DNA from: Octopus vulgaris
Lineage: Eukaryota
Reading direction: 5' to 3'
DNA: 64,000 nt
Assembly (NCBI GenBank): GCA_951406725.2
Contig: OX597819.1
Location: 72,602,001 to 72,666,000 of the forward strand
The notes under the pieces are model-generated. The model did not search any database. It was not told where the DNA came from and saw nothing but the letters and a program-made list of their open reading frames with translations. Position 1 is the first letter of the stretch, and each line of letters starts with the position of its first letter. Positions 1-11,200 of the stretch are shown one piece after another. The translations under genes and the position numbers were made by a program.

Positions 1-337
1 GTTGGCAACAGAAAGGCCTTAAAAAATATGCCTAAAACAAAAAACTCCATGCAAACATGGAAAAGTAGATGTTAAAATGATGATAAAGAGACATATGATT
101 GTCTGTGTGTCTTAAACATTTTACTGTTGTTATTCTCTTCCCCAACTCTCTCTCTCTCTCTCACACACACACACTGTGAAGTAACTAAAAAGCAAGTAGA
201 AATGTGTTGTGAGGTCCCTTTAGTCTGGACACCTCTCTATACTCTAATGGGATTGGTTAAGAAGAGCATCCAGCTGAAGGTACCAAGTCAAAAATGAAAC
301 GTGTGAGATGAGGGTTCTGAATCCATCTAGATAAACA

Positions 338-630
338 ATCATCATCATCATCGTTTAACATCTGCTTTCCATGCTAGCATGGGTTGGACGGTTCAGCTGG
401 AGTCTGGGAAGCCAGAAGGCTGCACCAGGCCCAGTCTGATCTGGCAGTGTTACTACAGCTGGATGCCCTTCCTAACACCAACCACTCCGTGAGTGTAGTG
501 GGTGCTTTTTACGTGCCACCGGCATAGGTGCCAGACGAGGCTGGCAATGGCCACGATCGGATGGTGCTTTTTATGTGCCACCGGCACGGAGGCCAGTCAG
601 GGCGGCGCTGGCAATGGCCACGTTTGGATG
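338..630 (-). mobile_element. Family A: (GAT)n-tailed 3' fragment of RTE-type LINE / RTE-tail SINE
   Basis: (CAT)n followed by ttaacatctgctttccatgctagcatgggttggacgg...ctggatgcccttcctaacaccaaccact; same sequence forms the 3' end of the RTE relic at 53150-55220. Confidence 0.85.
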
Positions 631-956
631 GTTCATCAAGTATGTGCTGAACCCAACCATGACATTCTATCCTATCTTTGCCTGCATGGAAAAATCATCA
701 TCACCATTTAACATCTGTGTTCCATGCAGACATGGGTTGGATTGTTTGGCAGTGGACCTTGACATATGCCAAAGAACTGTGCTAAGCCCCAACGTCTACT
801 TTGGCATCGTTTCTAAAACAATGATGGTGACAACTTGAGAGTTTATATTCTAAGAGAAAGTCAATGGTTGCTGTCACTAGAAACAGATGTCAAAGGTTAA
901 ATACAGAACTATTATCAATAATGCCATACCCCTCATCATCATCTTTGTCTTGATCA

Positions 957-1210
957 TGGTGGCACGTAAAAAGTACCATTCAAGCATGGTCAATGCCAGT
1001 CCCACCTGACTGGCTCCTGTGCTGGTGGCATGTAAAAAGCACCCACTACACTCTCAGACTGCTTAGCATTAGGAAGGGCATCCAGCCATAGAAACCCTGC
1101 CAGATCCGATTGGAGCCTTGTACAGCCTCCTGGCTTGCCAGTCCTCAGTAAAACCATCCAACCCATGCCAGCATGGAAAGCAGATGTTAAACAACAATGA
1201 TGATGATGAT
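957..1210 (+). mobile_element. Family A RTE 3' fragment
   Basis: aaaagcacccactacactct...ggaagggcatccagc...ccaacccatgccagcatggaaagcagatgttaaa then (GAT)n tail. Confidence 0.85.
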
Positions 1211-1540
1211 TCACATCCTCATCAGTCTCAATATTAGTTTCTGTTTGTTAGATACACAGGTCTTGTGCTTTTAGAATACAAGTTTAGACATTCTTGCTTT
1301 TCTCAAGTGTATTGGTGATGCAGCTGCTGTGAAATACCTTAAATTAGGTGCATTCATGCAGCATACCAAAAACCTAGCTTTAGTTTATAGTTCATCATCA
1401 TCATTGTCATCATTTTTTTCTCTCCTGATGATATGCATAACACATCGCTTTCAAATTAAATTAAATAGTTCAGTTTTATAAATGATACTTAATGCCAGTG
1501 AAACAGCTGTAAATTACGGACTCTGAAATTTATGCTTAAT

Positions 1541-1630
1541 GTGTGTATGTCTCTGTGTGTGTGTGTGTGTATATATATATATACACACACACACACCATA
1601 CATACATATATGTATATACACACACACATA
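1541..1630. repeat. compound (TG)n/(TA)n/(CA)n microsatellite
   Basis: directly visible dinucleotide runs. Confidence 0.95.
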
Positions 1631-1691
1631 CAGTCACTACGGGGATATTCAAACCTCTTATAGGGATATTTATCCAAGATTCACTGGTTTA

Positions 1692-2300
1692 TCATCATCA
1701 TCATCATCATTTAGCATCCGCTTTCCATGCTAGCATGGGTTGGACGGGTCAACTGGGGTCTGTGAAGCTGGAAGGTTTCGTCAGGCCCAGTCAGATCTGG
1801 CAGTGTTTCTACGGCTGGATGCCCTTCCTAATGCCAACCACTCCGCGAGTGTAGTGGGTGTTTTTACGTGCAACCTGCACAGGTGCCAGACAGAGCTGGC
1901 AAACGGCCACGAACGGATGGTGCTTTTACGTGTCACCGGCACGGGGCCAGGCGATGCTGGCAACGGACTCGAATGGATGGTGCTTTTACGTGCCACCGAC
2001 AGAGCTGGCAACGGACACGAACGGATGGTGCTTTTACGTGCCACCGACAGAGCTGGCAACGGCCACGAACGGATGGTGCTTTTACGTGTCACCGGCACGG
2101 GGGCCAGCCTCAGCTGGCAACGGACACGAACGGATGGTGCTTTTACGTGCCACCGACACGGGGCCAGACAGAGCTGGCAAACGGCCACGAACGGACGGTG
2201 CTTTTACGTGTCACCAGCACGGGGGCCAGCCGAGGCTGGCAACGAACACGAACGGATGGTGCTTTTACGTGCCACCGACACGGGGCCAGACAGAGCTGGC
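1692..2300 (-). mobile_element. Young family A copy with expanded internal minisatellite
   Basis: (CAT)n tail at ~1692-1710, family A body, CpG-rich internal repeats. Confidence 0.85.
1858..2300. repeat. tandem array of about 8 units (48-61 bp) with core ggatggtgcttttacgtg(c/t)cacc
   Basis: repeated core visible in sequence and in ORF translations (ERMVLLRAT, GWCFYVPP). Confidence 0.9.
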
Positions 2301-2372
2301 AAATATTAAATTTTGAATAGATAATTCTTCAATGAATATATGATATAGAATATCGTAAGATATCAAACATTT

Positions 2373-2631
2373 TTATTGGGTTAGAAAACAGAGAGATCTA
2401 ATGGTTACAAATAAATTTATTAATTAATCAACATATTAACCAACAATTGTTTCATTTCTCAAATAAGATTAAAATTCCGAAACATATATTAAAAAAATGC
2501 AAAATTATATTTTTGTATATGTTTTGTAATTCTAATCTTATTTGAGAAATGAAACAATTGTTGGTTAATATGTTGATTAATTAATAAATTAATTTGTATC
2601 CATTAGATCTCTCTGTTTTCTAACTCAATAA
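2373..2631. repeat. AT-rich fold-back inverted repeat (about 115-bp arms)
   Basis: ttattgggttagaaaacagagagatctaatgg... is the reverse complement of ...ccattagatctctctgttttctaactcaataa. Confidence 0.9.
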
Positions 2632-3604
2632 TATATATATATAGCGCCATCTGCGACATTCTTATTGTAAATACATTGCAGAATGCAAATTTACTGCGAT
2701 ATTCATTTAGAGATAATATCTCTTGTGGATATGTTGTGTTTAAAAACACAATATATATTAGAGACAGCCGTGAAAAGTAGTCATAAAAGTGTGGTGGTGA
2801 TGGCAGTGATGTTGCTTGTCTGGCTGTTTCCCCCCCTCTTTCTTTTCCTCACTTTATTTGTCTCTCTAAGCCCCTCCCTCTTTTTCTCTGTTTGTCCCTA
2901 CGCATCTCAAGCCCCCCTCACCATCTTTCTCTCTCTTCCTCCCTCTAACTCGATCTCTAAATCGTCTCTATTTCCAGGCATAACTCTGTTTTTCTTTAAT
3001 CTTTCTCTCTCTCTCTCTCTCTCTCGTATTTACTCCGTCAATCACTGCTCCTCAGAAGACAAATGAAGTGAAACAACTACCACAGGGATTGAAAACCAAA
3101 GTGAATTATCAAAGACAGAATTAGACCAAAAATTTATTTACTTATTTAGATATATTTTGTTCACTTTATTTGAAATAGTCCGTCAGTTTTGTTGATTGGT
3201 ATTGATTTTAGCATCATTCATGACTTTGTATGTTTGTATACAATAATAACAACAACAATAATCTTTTGTATATTAAAGCAGTTTGCTATAATTTCATACA
3301 GCTCTCCAATTTTGTAAAAGGTTCTGCTAGTGTTGTAATATGTGAGGGTTTTTTTCTTTTTCATTTTGTCTTTCTCTTTCTCCATCTCTTGCTTTTCTTT
3401 TTCTTTCTCTCTCATTCCCTTTTCTCACTCTTTCTGCATCTCTTTCCTTTTCTTTTCCCTCTTGCTTTTTCTTCACATTCCTCTCTCTCTCTTTCTCTCT
3501 TCTCCCTATCTTTCCTTCATTTACCCCCCTCCCCCCAACACTGTGCAGTTACTGTTTCACACCTGTCATTATCTGCAAACCAATTTCATAGTCTTCATAT
3601 TATA

Positions 3605-3925
3605 ATGGCATTCGGTCGGTTACAACGACAAGGGTTCCAGTTGATCCGATCAACAGAACAGCCTGCTCATGTAATCAACATGCCAGTAGCTGAGCACTCC
3701 ACAGACACACATACCATTAATGTAGTTCTCAGGGAGATTCAGCATGATACAGAATGTGACATGGCTGGCCCCTTTCAATTTGCAGGTACAACTTATTTTT
3801 GCCAGGTGAGTGGATCTGGAGCAACATGAAATAAAGTGTCTGGCTCAAGGACACAACATGCTTCTGGGAATTGAACTCACAATGGAGAGCTGAATACCCC
3901 AACCACAAAGCCATGTGCCTTCACT
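3605..3925 (-). mobile_element. tRNA-headed SINE family D (variant head)
   Basis: shares gggttccagttgatccgatcaac...cagcctgctc...gttctcagggagattcagc body with 5384-5750, 48295-48628 and 57831-58217. Confidence 0.75.
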
Positions 3926-3940
3926 GTAGTTATATCATAA

Positions 3941-4470
3941 CTAGCCTTGAAGCCACCATTCAGGTAGCATTCAGGTTAGCTCCTGCAGAAGGCACTTTTG
4001 AGGCCTTCGGCCCCACTATTGGGTCACTTCATGGCCCTCTATCATTGTGTAATGTAATGCCCAAACTTATTTCTGCAAATGTGCTAAGCACTGATGCTGA
4101 TCATAGTTTAATCAATAAGTATAGGAGTGAGGTAAATGCAGTAAAAATTGGGCATCAGTGGGGCCCCATTTAAGCGGTCCTTCAGAAATTGAACCACCTT
4201 ACGATACTCCCTGGGAGTTCATGGCATGAAATTCATTGTAATTGCTCCAATTTGGTTGCCAATGCCATGTATTTAGTTTACAATGCAGTAAAAAAAAGGG
4301 GTCAGTGGGCCCCCTATTAGGTGGCCCTTAAAAAAATAGACCCCCTTAGGATATTCCCTGGGATTAGGAGAGTTGCTCCTCTGAGTTTTGTTGTCCTTGC
4401 ACCAATGGTTTAGGAGGAATTAACGAACATAAAATGGAAGGGACAGAAACATAACTCAAATTTATAACAG
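3941..4470 (-). mobile_element. possible non-autonomous Helitron-like element with internal ~146-bp duplication
   Basis: CTAG at 3941 next to a short hairpin gccacc-attca-ggtagc; diverged direct repeats at ~4136-4219 and ~4282-4365. Confidence 0.35.
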
Positions 4471-4677
4471 GCCATTGAAGCATATCAGCAATGATCTGGA
4501 GAACAGAAGTTTAGAATACAAATTGTTACGAGGGATTAGAATATTGTGTGACCCTTTACAGGGGTTACAGGGTCATTTACATACAAAGGATTCTCTTCAT
4601 AAGTAAATATTACTCCTACTATAATGGTGTTGTTAGTCACTGAAGGAGTTTTCTTAATTTTTTTTGATTCGTAAATA

Positions 4678-5002
4678 GGTGTAGGTGTGCCTGTGTGGTA
4701 AGAAGTCTGCTTCCCAACCACATGGTTCCAGGTTCTGTTCTTCTGCATGGTACCTTGAGCAAGTTTTTTCTACTATAGCCTTCAGCCAACGAAAGCCTTG
4801 TGGGGGAATTTGCTAGATGAAAACTGAAAGAAGCCTATTTTGTGTGTGTGTGTTGGTGTGTTTACATCCCTGTAACTTAGCAGCTCAACAAAAGAGACTG
4901 ATAGAATACCAGGCTTTCAGAAATAAGGACTGGGGTTGATTCTTCGAGGTAGTGCCCCAGTATGGCCACAGTCTCATGGCTGAAAGAAGTCAAAGATAAA
5001 AG
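4678..5002 (+). mobile_element. tRNA-headed SINE family B
   Basis: head ctgtgtggtaagaag...ccaaccacatggttccaggttc, central (TG)n, tail gtgccccagtatggccacagtc. Confidence 0.85.
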
Positions 5003-5009
5003 GTTACAG

Positions 5010-5230
5010 ATCATCATCATCATCATTTAACATCCATTTTCCATGCTGTCATGGGTTGGATGGTTTGACAGGAGCTGGTAAACCAGAGAGCTCCACCAGG
5101 CCCCAGTTATCTGTTTTGGCATGGTTTCTATAGTTGGATGTCCTTCCTAATGCCAATCACTCTGCAGAGTGGTCTAGGTGCTTCTTACTTGGCACTGGCA
5201 CCAGTGAGGTCAACAAGTAACTCACAAAGC
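5010..5230 (-). mobile_element. Family A RTE 3' fragment
   Basis: (CAT)n plus family A body. Confidence 0.8.
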
Positions 5231-5383
5231 AAGAATTATTGAATCTTGGTTGAATGACACAGATCCTTCACCACCACCACCACCACCATGTCCAGAGTAA
5301 AATCTTCCAAGCAAAGCCCAAATCTCTCCAAGCCATTGACTATAGGTGAAAATTAGACACATGAGAATAAACCAAAGTGTAGT

Positions 5384-5750
5384 GGCACTCTGTCGATTAC
5401 AATGACGAGGATTCCAGTTGATCCAATCAATGGAACAGCCTGCTTGTGTAAGTGGCTGAACACTCCACAGATACGTGTACCCTTAACGTAGTTCTCAGGG
5501 AGATTCAGCACGACACAGAGTATGACAAGGCTGGCCCTTTGAAATACAGGTACAACAGAAACAGGAAGAAAGAGTGAGAGAAAGTTGTGGTGAAAGAGTA
5601 CAGCAGAGTTCACCACCACCCCTGCCAGAGCCTTGTGGAGCTTTAGGTGTTTTCGCTTAATAAACACTCACAACACCTGGTCTGGAAATCGAAACTGCAA
5701 TCCTACAACTGCAAATCCGCTGCCCTAACCACTAAGCCATTGCGCTCCAC
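5384..5750 (-). mobile_element. SINE family D, full length, with TSD
   Basis: direct repeat aaagtgtagt at 5374-5383 and 5751-5760; tRNA-like head (A/B boxes) at the right end on the minus strand. Confidence 0.9.
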
Positions 5751-5889
5751 AAAGTGTAGTAGTAGTTCTACCTGAATAAACATTATAAACTTCTGACTCA
5801 TCTATGACCTTCTTGTTAGAAATATAATTATTGTTATTAATATGATTCTTCTTTATATTTGTCTCTTATACATTTTCAGCCTTATTTTG

Positions 5890-6432
5890 TCGTCATCATC
5901 ATTGTTTAACATCCGTTTTCCATGCTTGCATGGGTTGGACAGTTTGATTGAGGACTGGCAATCCAGGAGGCTGCATCAGGCTCCTTTCTGTTCTGGCAAG
6001 GTTTCTATAGCTGAATGCTCTTCCTAACACCAACTACTCCTAGAGTGGGTGATTTTATGTGCCACCAGCATAGGGGTCAGTCAGGCAGCACTAGAATTAA
6101 CCACGCTCGAATGGTGCTTTTTACATGCCACCAGCATGAGAGCCAGTCAAGCAGCACTGGCATCGACCACACTTTTCGTGTGCCATTGGCATTGGCCACA
6201 CTCAAATGGTGCATTTTCTGTGCCACCGGCATGAGTACCAGCCAGATGGCACTGACATTGGCCACAGCAATGATTTCACTTGACTCAACAGGTCTTCTCA
6301 AGCACAGCATATTGCCCGACAATTGAAGGGTACTTTTGAACAGGCCAGTTATGCGACACTGGCATCAACTGTGGCTACGATCTCATTTGGCTTGCCAGGT
6401 CTTCTCAAACAAGCATATCTCCAAAGGTCTCG
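5890..6432 (-). mobile_element. Family A RTE 3' fragment (long)
   Basis: tail, internal repeats and ggtcttctcaagcacagcatat motif marking the RTE ORF end. Confidence 0.8.
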
Positions 6433-7189
6433 GTATATAACTTACAAATATATGTAAGTGAGCAATGTTACAATGTTGAACATTATAACTAGAGTAGCAA
6501 AAACACCTACTCCTCATCTCACTCCTTCTCCATCATACTTTCATATCCCCTGATACTATACCCTACTCAGTTGAGGTGTCTTATCTTGCAGATGATACCT
6601 GGTAACCTTACCAGTACTGGTACCACAAAAAAACAAAAAAAAAACCTCTGTAAAGTGATTTACCCTTTCTTGGTATCAGATACAGTGTGTCTCTTCTCTA
6701 CAGGAATGACAATACACCGCTTTGTCTATCATGCTATCGCTGATAGCTCTGCAAGACACGGAATTTGAACCGTTTACCTTGACTGTGGCTTGAACTTGAC
6801 TATAACACGTAACTGACACTTAGCTCCAACTGAGAACTTGTATGACTCTACAACCAACTGACACATGACTCCCTGTACTGGTGGATGTCATCTCACTTTA
6901 TAGTGGCTGGATCATACCACTTGTCCCATAGGAGGGGTGTACCATTTCCACAACAACATAGACCATGCCTCAATTCCATACATCAGCTCATGTTGAACCA
7001 TCTAATCCATGCTAGCATGGGAAAAGGGACATTAATGATGATGATGATGATGATAACGACGAAATTTTATCAGTAAGAGGTTTCAGCATCTCCAGTCTAG
7101 AGCAAGAGACCCCTCATGTTTCGAAGGCAATGTCATTATTCATCATCATCTGCTTTATCATGTTTTCATGGGGCAGATGAGAGTAGAGT

Positions 7190-7402
7190 TCTATATTTAA
7201 GAGATAAGGAATTATGTACATTATTTATATTTGACAGATATTTGTCCTCATCTTGTTTGTTGTTAACACAGCGTTTTGACTGATATACCCTCCAGCCTTC
7301 ATTAGGTGTCTTGGGGAAATTTCAAACCAGGGTTCTCATTCCTAAGGTATTTTTCGATGTTGTTGTTATTATTATTATTATTACCACTATGCCATATGCT
7401 CC
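7190..7402 (-). mobile_element. Family E: SINE-like element with partial tRNA head and hammerhead-like motif (7265-7310)
   Basis: reverse complement matches 25481-25718; head reduced to ggagcatatggcatagtggt then (AAT)n. Confidence 0.75.
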
Positions 7403-7409
7403 AGCTGGG

Positions 7410-7928
7410 TTCCTTCAGTTTTTGCCTAACAAGTCCACACATCCACTTGCAAGGCTTTGTTTGGCTCGCAGCTATAGGAGACAACACTTGCCCAAGGTGC
7501 TGCACAGTGGATTTGAAACTGAAACCATGTGGTCGTTGGGAAATCAGGTACTCCTGTATTATTTACTCATTTACTTGTTTCAGTCATTTGACTGTGGTCA
7601 TGCTGGAGCCACCACATTTAGTTGAACTAATCATCTCCAGGACTTATTCTTTGTAAGCCTAGTACTTATTCTATTGGTCTCATTTGCCAAACCACTAAGT
7701 TACGGGGATGTAAACATGCCAACATTGGTTGTCAAGTGATGGGGTGGGGGGACAAGCACAGACAAACACAAATATATGTATATGTATATACAATGGGCTT
7801 CTTTCAGTTTCCATCTACCAAATCCACTCACAAGGCTTTGGTTTACCCAAGGTGCCACGCAGTGGGATTGAACCTGGAACCATGTGGTTGGGAAGCAAAC
7901 TTCTTACCACACAGCCATGCCTGCTCCT
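7410..7928 (-). mobile_element. two SINE family B copies
   Basis: acacttgcccaaggtgc...cagtgg..ttgaa...aaccatgtgg repeated twice; full tail at ~7565-7610. Confidence 0.8.
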
Positions 7929-8399
7929 ATAAAATATCATGAACAATATCTGGAGGGTTGGATCAAAACAATCCATAATTCTGTAATCCGTTTCATGTCT
8001 TTATTACCTTTTATCCATATCATTTGTTAGTCTTCCATCTTAGACCAGCTAAGAAGGTCACATGTGAGCAAAAAGGCAATCAATGATTTCTGTAGGTTTG
8101 TTCTTTCTGTCTTTAATAGACATAAAGCAAGCTTTTCTTACTGAAAATCGTTTTTCACTATAATTACATGTTGCAATAAGTTGCTGCCTATCTGACATAT
8201 GTTACAGAAACAAAGAGAAGGACAATATCTTGTGTTAGGTATTTGTTGCAAGAAGTGAGAGATGTTGTGGTTGTTTTGCATTGATCCATCGTATTTTCAT
8301 TAATTGCTCTATAAATAATTGGGTTGCTAATAGTCATCCATTATGTAATCATCATTTGTCTTTCTTTTCACTTTTATCGGTCGTTGATCTGCACCCAGT

Positions 8400-9060
8400 A
8401 CTCACTTTTTTTAAGCCTGATATTGATTCTATTAGCCTCTTCTGCCAAACCGCTAAGTTATGGTGATGTAAACAAACAAACAAACACCAGTTATCAAGAA
8501 GTGGTGGAGAGAGAGCACACACAACAGGCTTCCACACAGTTTCCATTTTCCAAATCCACTTGGATTTGGTCAGCCCCAAAGGACCCTTTGCCACACAGTG
8601 GCTGTACAGTGAGACTGAACCCCAAACCACGTGGTTGCAAAATGATCTTCTTAACCACACAACCATACTTGCATCTATCTTTTATCTTTTTTCTGGTTTC
8701 AGTCATTGGACTGTGGTCATGCTGGGGCACCACCTTGAAGGGTTTTAGTCAAGCAAATCAACACCAGTATTTGACTTTTTTTTAAAGTCTGGTACTTGTT
8801 CTATCAATCTCTTTTGCTGAACTGCTAAGTTACAGGGGCATAAACACACTAACACCAATTGTTAAGCAGTGGGGAGGGACAAACACACACATACACAAGC
8901 AGACTTCTTTCATTTTTCCATCTGCCAAAACCACTCACAGGGCTTTGGTCAGCTTGAGAGGCTATAATAGAAGAGACTTGCCCAAGGTGCCATGCAGTGG
9001 GATTGAAACAAGAACTATGTGGCTGGGAGCAAGCTTCTTATCACACAGCCGTGCCTGTGC
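8400..9060 (-). mobile_element. two tandem SINE family B copies
   Basis: family B tail, core and head motifs present twice in reverse orientation. Confidence 0.8.
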
Positions 9061-9409
9061 TTATAATTTTTTATTTTTTCATAAACTTATTAATGCACTG
9101 CTTCCTTCACACACATGAAAATAAACATTTGAAATAAGTTTTTGGTTTGTTATTCAAACAGCCTAATCTAAATCTAAGACATAGGTGTGTACAATCATAT
9201 TTAACATGTTCATGTACACACAGATGTAGGAAAAAACTTACTGTGGAAATAGTCTTGACAGAAAATTCTCAGGACTGATTCAGTACCTGTAGCTGATGAA
9301 GTGTAACGAGGTAGAAACACGTCCTGTGGTCCGTTGATATTTCCATAGCACAGTAACGTATTTCCCAAACATTGTGATGATGCAGCTGTGTAATTAATAA
9401 GTTCGCATC

Positions 9410-9682
9410 CCAGCCATGTGGTTTTGAGTTCAGTCTTACTGTGTGGCTCCTTGGGCAAGTGTCTTCTATTTGTGGTAGTCGTAAATGAGTGTCACTGTTA
9501 TACAAGCAGTATCATTCGTTTTCAATATTCTGCAAATGCATTTTCTGGTTTGGAGAAAATATTAACTTAGTTGGGAACAGGTGACAGTTGGTGACAGGCA
9601 GAGTATCCAGTTGTAGAAAATCTTGCTAAAGAAACTCTGTCCGACCCATGCAAGAATGGAAAAGCAGATGTTAAAATGATCA
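9410..9682 (+). mobile_element. SINE family B head joined to RTE-type (family A-like) 3' tail
   Basis: gagttcagtcttactgtgtggctccttgggcaagtgtcttcta followed by ...gacccatgcaagaatggaaaagcagatgttaaaatgat. Confidence 0.7.
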
Positions 9683-9970
9683 TGGTCTTTGAGGAGAATT
9701 TCCCCCTCAGACAACAAAAGGTCTTCCCACCCCTGAGTCTACACAAACATATTAAATATGGTTTCCCACACTTGTATTTCATTCAACTCTTTGTGCATGT
9801 CTGGTTAATAAATTTGAGATATTAAATAAAGTCCATATGCCAGGTGTGACTTGCAGTTTCTAGTCCGACAATTCCTGGTCCAAAGTATGTTTAGATTCAC
9901 ACAATTATGTGTTTTTCATTTGTCACACATCTTGCTCTGTTTATGAATATATTTTTTTTTATTATATATT

Positions 9971-10220
9971 ATCTAAATATATTACGGAGATGTATTTGCA
10001 TAGGAAGTGACCTGATCTGAGATCGTATGCTGAAACAAAAACAATTGCAGCATGGAAGGTGTTTATAAGCCATTTAAAAACACACAAAAACTGTTAGATA
10101 CACTTCAACATTTAAATTTAATTTGTCAAAATATTTTCGTCGCTTTGAGACCGCGATTTGTTCATGTTTTTAAAGGGTTTATAAACACCTTCCATGCTGC
10201 AGTTGTATCTAAATATATTA
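9971..10220. mobile_element. short insertion with 14-bp flanking direct repeat and internal inverted duplication (Penelope-like fragment?)
   Basis: atctaaatatatta at 9971-9984 and 10207-10220; 10041-10082 is the reverse complement of 10165-10206. Confidence 0.6.
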
Positions 10221-10248
10221 TATGTTGTAATTTATTATATTGTAGCTA

Positions 10249-10378
10249 CCTAAGATTCTCAAAGTATCTGTTGTGAGATGTGATTCTTAATTATTCTAGA
10301 AACTTCCAAGAGAAACGCTAAGTTTCTTGAATAATTAAGTATCACATCTCATAACACAGATGCTTCGAGAAACTTAGG
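10249..10378. repeat. imperfect hairpin, about 55-bp stem
   Basis: cctaagattctcaaagtatctgttgtgagatgtgattcttaattattctagaaactt vs aagtttcttgaataattaagtatcacatctcataacacagatgcttcgagaaacttagg. Confidence 0.85.
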
Positions 10379-10619
10379 AAAGGGAAGTTATTCTATGATC
10401 TTTCTTTTAAGGGAAATCATTCAACTATTTAGCTGCTGCTACAATATCATCTCTCTCTCTCTCTGTTGTAGTCCCCCTCGGTCAGAGTATCTTAGTCTGG
10501 CAGGTGAACCTCCCTAGCACTGGTGTTCCAAAAAGAAAGGACCCAGTGCATTGTTGTAAAAGTTGCTGGCATTTGGAAGGACATCGAGCAGACCTTGGGG
10601 TGCAACAGGAACTTCTTTT

Positions 10620-11200
10620 ATTTGTTTTGGTCATTAGACTGTGGCCATACTGGAGCACTGCCTTGAATAGATTTTAGTTGAACAAATCACCCCAGTACTT
10701 ATCTCTGTTGCTAAACTGCTAATTTACAGGGATATAAACACACCTACAGTGGTTGTCAAGCTGTGGTAAGGGACAAACACAGACACAAAGACACATCATC
10801 ATCATCATTTAATGTCTGTTGTCCATGTTGGCATGGGTTGGACGTTTTGACCAATGCTCGAAAGGAACTCGACCACGTTGCGTCTGTGAAGCCCAACGCT
10901 CAAAAGGTGCTCTTTATGTGTCACCAGCACAAGTGCCAGTTACGTGACACCAGCATCAGCCATGACTACAATTTCACTTGCCTTGACAAGTCTTCTCAAG
11001 CACAGCATATCGCCAAAGGTCTCAGTCACTAATCAATGCTTCTGTGAGGCCCAATGTTCGAAGATCATACCAGATCCACTCCCAAGGATTTGGTCGGCCT
11101 GAGGCTATAGTAGAAGACACTTGCCCAAGGTGTTGTGCAGTGGGACTGAAACCAGAACCATGTGGTTTGGAAGCAAAATTTTTTATGACCTTGCCTGTAC
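10620..11200 (-). mobile_element. SINE family B interrupted by family A copy (~10795-11065)
   Basis: B tail 10620-10790, (CAT)n family A insert, B core and head resume ~11065-11200. Confidence 0.75.

Noticed and set aside
1740-2320. Overlapping 135-189 aa repetitive ORFs and a CRISPR-like appearance
   Set aside because: Units are the RTE 3'-UTR minisatellite; spacers are homologous to each other, there are no cas genes, and the context is eukaryotic.
3230-3829. 199-aa F/L/S-rich ORF resembling a membrane protein or the TEX264 TM exon
   Set aside because: Translation of a CT-rich low-complexity tract plus SINE D; lacks TEX264 N-terminal motifs (YSG, AYK, YYD.P).
6658-6905. TGGTATCAGA primer-binding-site-like motif and LTR-like tract inside a family A copy
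   Set aside because: Motif matches the plant-type iMet PBS only; no TG...CA LTR pair, TSD or gag/pol sequence seen.
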